From positions 186,001 to 250,000 of the forward strand of contig MCFE01000014.1 in NCBI GenBank assembly GCA_002104905.1: DNA of 64,000 nt, given 5' to 3'. The notes beneath the pieces are model-generated. The model was not told the DNA's origin and made no database searches. It saw only the letters and a list, made by a program, of their open reading frames with translations. Source of the DNA: Basidiobolus meristosporus CBS 931.73. Its lineage: Eukaryota; Fungi; Basidiobolomycota. This document shows, in pieces, positions 60,208 through 64,000 of this stretch. The position numbers and the translations under genes are program-made. Within the stretch, counting starts at the first letter, position 1. Every line of letters starts with the position of its first letter.

Positions 60208-61186
60208 AGAAGGCTACAGCAAGAGTGTTTCCTTTCCGTTAGCACTGTCCTTTATTTCATGTCGTGGAATGTTGGCACCATTCAATCAAACTCAAGGTGA
60301 GATATCATGATTGGATCTGTGGAGAATGGATGACGGATATTAGTGAATGCAAATTGTCAATCAGTAGTCTTAGATACTCCTCAGTATGACTTCCATATAT
60401 CAACACTTTTGCTTTAAGTACCAGCTGAAGGTAGCCTGTGGAACTCTAACAAGTGAGTTCTGCATCCAATCATAAATCTCATTCTATTGGCTAGAGATTA
60501 GTAGAGCCGCGGAATCCAATTAGCTGCAGGGCTGCAGTTTTTGACAAGTACAATTCAACATCAATTTTTATCATAACCTAGGTAGAGTTATTCCAATATA
60601 TATAAGCAATAAATTCACTGATAGCTGCAAATGACTGAAATGCTCTCTGGTTGTGTGAGTGCTAAGGGGCCCACAAGATGTTAAGCTCAGTTGTTCACCT
60701 TTTCCACTTCAGTAGACTCAAGGATGCCAACTGTTTACCAAGTGGGAACAAATCTAGATAGGCTGATGCAATATAGCCAGCTGGAAGTTTGTAAATGTTT
60801 TTCAGACATTGGTATGCAAACACAAGCAAATCATGTAGGTTATGATCACTACTCAACCTGTGCAGTGTACCATCGAGGAGTTACATACGGTGAGGTATTT
60901 CAGCATTACTAGGCCTAAGTAGGGCCACCTGTGTTATCCTCAGAGGAGTACACCATATCTGTTCTAATGAGAAATTGTGGGGTAGACTCCCTGCTGCTGT
61001 CCATAGCAATAAGGGCCATGCACATATGATTGCATTAATAATAGGCCAACTCAAAGTTTTAATCTCAACCAGATGAGTTGCGTTCATTCAGTTCAACCAG
61101 GACAATCAAAATAATATACAAGATGCAGTAGGTCTAAAATTGGGCTGCGAAACCTCCAACAACGCCACCATATTGGGGGATAAGCA

Positions 61187-62651
61187 TTATAGCTCCACCA
61201 CAACCGGTGCATCTTCACCTAATTCTTCCTCCTCCTCTTCGTCAATGGCCAAATACCATTCAAATTTTCGACTCACAAACGATTGAAACTCATGGAGGGT
61301 CGAGATCACGGAGGTATCAACGCATTTGGTCTCGTTGATGTTTCGTATTAGCACCTGAAGAATGGACATTAGCAACTCAATTCTGGCGCGGGAAATGGCT
61401 AGCTAACAAGTTACCTTCAGTGTTGGGACTAGGAAGTTGTTCTCAGATATCACATCGATGAAAAAGTCTTTTGGACATTCCTTCATTTGGGTCGTGAGCA
61501 CATCTACAATGAAATATGCCTTTATGAGTGATTCGAATTAGATCAGTATGCTCATCTACTCGATATACTTAGAAAATCGGACATCAATGCTGGATGCTGG
61601 ACAATTGCCTCCTTGCTATTGCATAGTAGTTGGATCAGCTTCTTCCATTGGTTGAAGCCAGAATAATTTTGTGCTAACAGCAAACAGATAAAGGAGAGCT
61701 GCAATTCACCAAACAAATTCCTGTAATCTACGCTCGATATAAAGTCGTGAGACTACCGCCTACGTAGGGTCGTTTGCGTCTAGTATTGGCTTACCAGATT
61801 TATAAGTGTTTTTAAGCAATGTCTCAAGGAGATAGCTTTTGTCCAAACTGTATTTAGTCCGTTGGTCTCCGGATGCTCCTTCTGGAAAGGATTTTTTCAA
61901 ATCAATCAGTGTGAATTCCAAGCCATCTTCATCTTTCTCCTCGCCGAGCTTGTCTTCACTCGAGCCAGTTACACAGCTCACTTTTCCAGAATTGGGTACA
62001 AGCCGTTCTACCAAGTCTTTCGTGAGATTACTGCTCAAATTTAGCCAGGTATTATATGTATCACTAGGGATGAGCGGATAGGCGCCCATAAACTGGTCAA
62101 AGTATCTAATATCTAGAAGCATCAAAGGAAACACCATTATTGTGTGTTGAGGATAATACGATAGCAGGGCACAGGTGCCACTCGCCGGTAGTGAGCTAGG
62201 GATTGACTAGTACTTGCCAGCTCGATATCTATTGCACTGCTCGGGATCTAGCTCGGAATCATCGAACAATTCTTCAATCTGAGGATTCCATTGCTTCACT
62301 AGAATCTACGTATGATAAGTCTAAATCGGCACAGAAGTGAAATTGAGTGCGTACAACTTACTTCCCCTGCTTCAAAATGGTGGAAGAAGCCCGATCTTAA
62401 ACCATGCTGCTGGCTGGTTTTGTCTTGCACACTATGAAGCAACTGTGAGTAAGTGTATCGCTAGTGGGAATCCAGCTGTGCTACCTGTAGTATATGAAGT
62501 GTAATCCGGGCGGAATCAACTTGACACCCTTGAAGCGCGGCCCGATATTCCACGAATTATAATCTATGCCGAACTCGAGATTTTCAGGCGCATCCAAAAA
62601 CAATAGGAAGCCGCCTTTCTCATATAGTGCGTTCGCCGTTTCCTGGTCCAT
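61187..62651 (-). CDS. AAR2: AAR2 (U5 snRNP assembly factor), multi-exon
   Basis: MDQETANALYEKGGFLLFLDAP..LEFGIDY.SW..GPRFKGVKLIPPGLHF; FDQFMGAYP; RTKYSLDKSYLLE; acidic EDAPVVVEL C-terminus. Confidence 0.94.
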
Positions 62652-63114
62652 CAGAAGAATATGGCTATTGTATGATACGCATGTACAATCATAAATCTGT
62701 CAACCATGAAAAAAATCTAGGGATCATCAGTAATTTCAAATTAGGCAGATGCCGGAATAGATGGTTCAAGAGGGAATGTATTGCAATATCAATAATGCGA
62801 TAATTGTCAAAACGGCTATTCAGCCCGAAGGTGGAATGGGAGTGTTGGGTTGCTTGGTACTGGTGGATGTAGTGCTGATTGAGTGCAGGATATCAGCCGA
62901 ATTTCCGTAATACCCACACCCACCTCAGGTCTGAAGCTATCTCTAATTAATCGACAATTTGGGATGACTCCTAACTGGATCAAGTCATGTGAATTGGGAT
63001 TGGGTACACCATTGCCTGGCACTTCAGATATGCTGATCACTTTAGCAAGGTGTATTATTCAACAATACTTGTTACAGTGGTATTATACCAGCATAGAGTA
63101 GACACTAGACAATA

Positions 63115-64000
63115 ATGGAAGATTTAGTTTCCTCATTGCCGCCCGAGATTCAAGAGCTTCTAAAAAAAGCGCCCGTGCTTGGGAAAACTATTGATGAGGG
63201 CTTCACAGAGCTTAGCAATTTGGAAACTTTCAGGTACCCAAGGCTCGATTGTCTTTTTGCCAATCAATATAGTTACCTTCGTTATTAGAGATAAAACCGT
63301 TACTTTTCAAGGAGAGGTTGGAAGAAGCTTGATTTTGATTCCGTGCGAATTTGAGAAATACTCACTTATTTAGTCATTTAACATCCAAGTTCCAACTCTA
63401 GATTTTACCTTTGAAGAGGTTAGTAGATCTGTCTTCTGTGGCCCGTCTTTTTAGGAGGAGATCCCCCAATACACTCAAATAACTTTTTTGCTGTTGATAG
63501 CTACTTTGGCTGAACCCAAGCTTTGGTGAGCATGCCCTTGAATGGGATTATACCATGTGCGAGGATTCAAAGAAAGAAAAGAATATATATCAGTTGCTTG
63601 CGAAGGCCTATGAGGAGCCATTATCTATGGTCGAACAACAGGTTTTGGAATGAATCAAACATCCTATATACATACCAAGCTCTAACGTGATACCTTCAAC
63701 AAAATGCAGCTAATATTGCAGGAGTTTGAGAAAGACTCAAAATTTGTCTATCAAAGTGGATTCACCACAACCAATCTTCCAGCATTGGTCGAAAACAACC
63801 CAACGATTGTAATCGAAGGCCTAATCCAACTCTCCAAAAGCAACGAGATGGTCGAGTATGTTTGGATATGTTTAACTAGTTTGTGAACTCGACTTATTCA
63901 ACCTGATCCACCTTTCAAGGTATCTGAATGCATTGAGCAATATCACCACGTTGCACTCCTTGGAAGTAGTTAATCGACTTACCACTGCTTGCGAGGTTTC
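63115..64000 (+). CDS. CNOT11: CCR4-NOT subunit 11 (DUF2363), truncated by the window end
   Basis: LPALVENNPTIVIEGL..L...|YLNALSNITTLHSLEVVNRLTT matches the CNOT11 C-terminal signature (LVENNP..AI..L; SLHSMEVVNRLT). Confidence 0.88.

Overview
Eukaryotic (fungal) genomic DNA with short GT-AG introns, so the ORF track splits most genes. The gene content (CNOT11, O-fucosyltransferase-family GT, S1 protease) suggests an early-diverging fungus; this is inference only. Three zones: (1) 1-9.4 kb: ER cyclophilin, alpha/beta hydrolase and an intronless HGT1-like sugar transporter. (2) About 12-35 kb: a Ty1/copia graveyard of nested LTR insertions surrounding an island with an intronless O-fucosyltransferase-family gene and two divergent paralogous small secreted 4-Cys proteins. 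The graveyard holds a disrupted full-length element, a young non-autonomous element with identical 349-bp LTRs, solo LTRs with 5-bp TSDs, a MITE and a 40-bp mini-LTR. (3) 35.8-64 kb: dense housekeeping genes (CBR1, TBCB, PRELI/Ups2-like, FAN1, CAB4-like PPAT, NOT4, Rheb, S1 protease, USP, SOG2, an uncharacterised membrane protein, AAR2, truncated CNOT11). The most notable observations are the unknown secreted beta-rich protein pair, a split and inverted target-site duplication that implies an LTR-mediated inversion, the young non-autonomous LTR element, and half-tRNA-iMet priming sites. All gene names come from motif recognition by eye; no database search was run.
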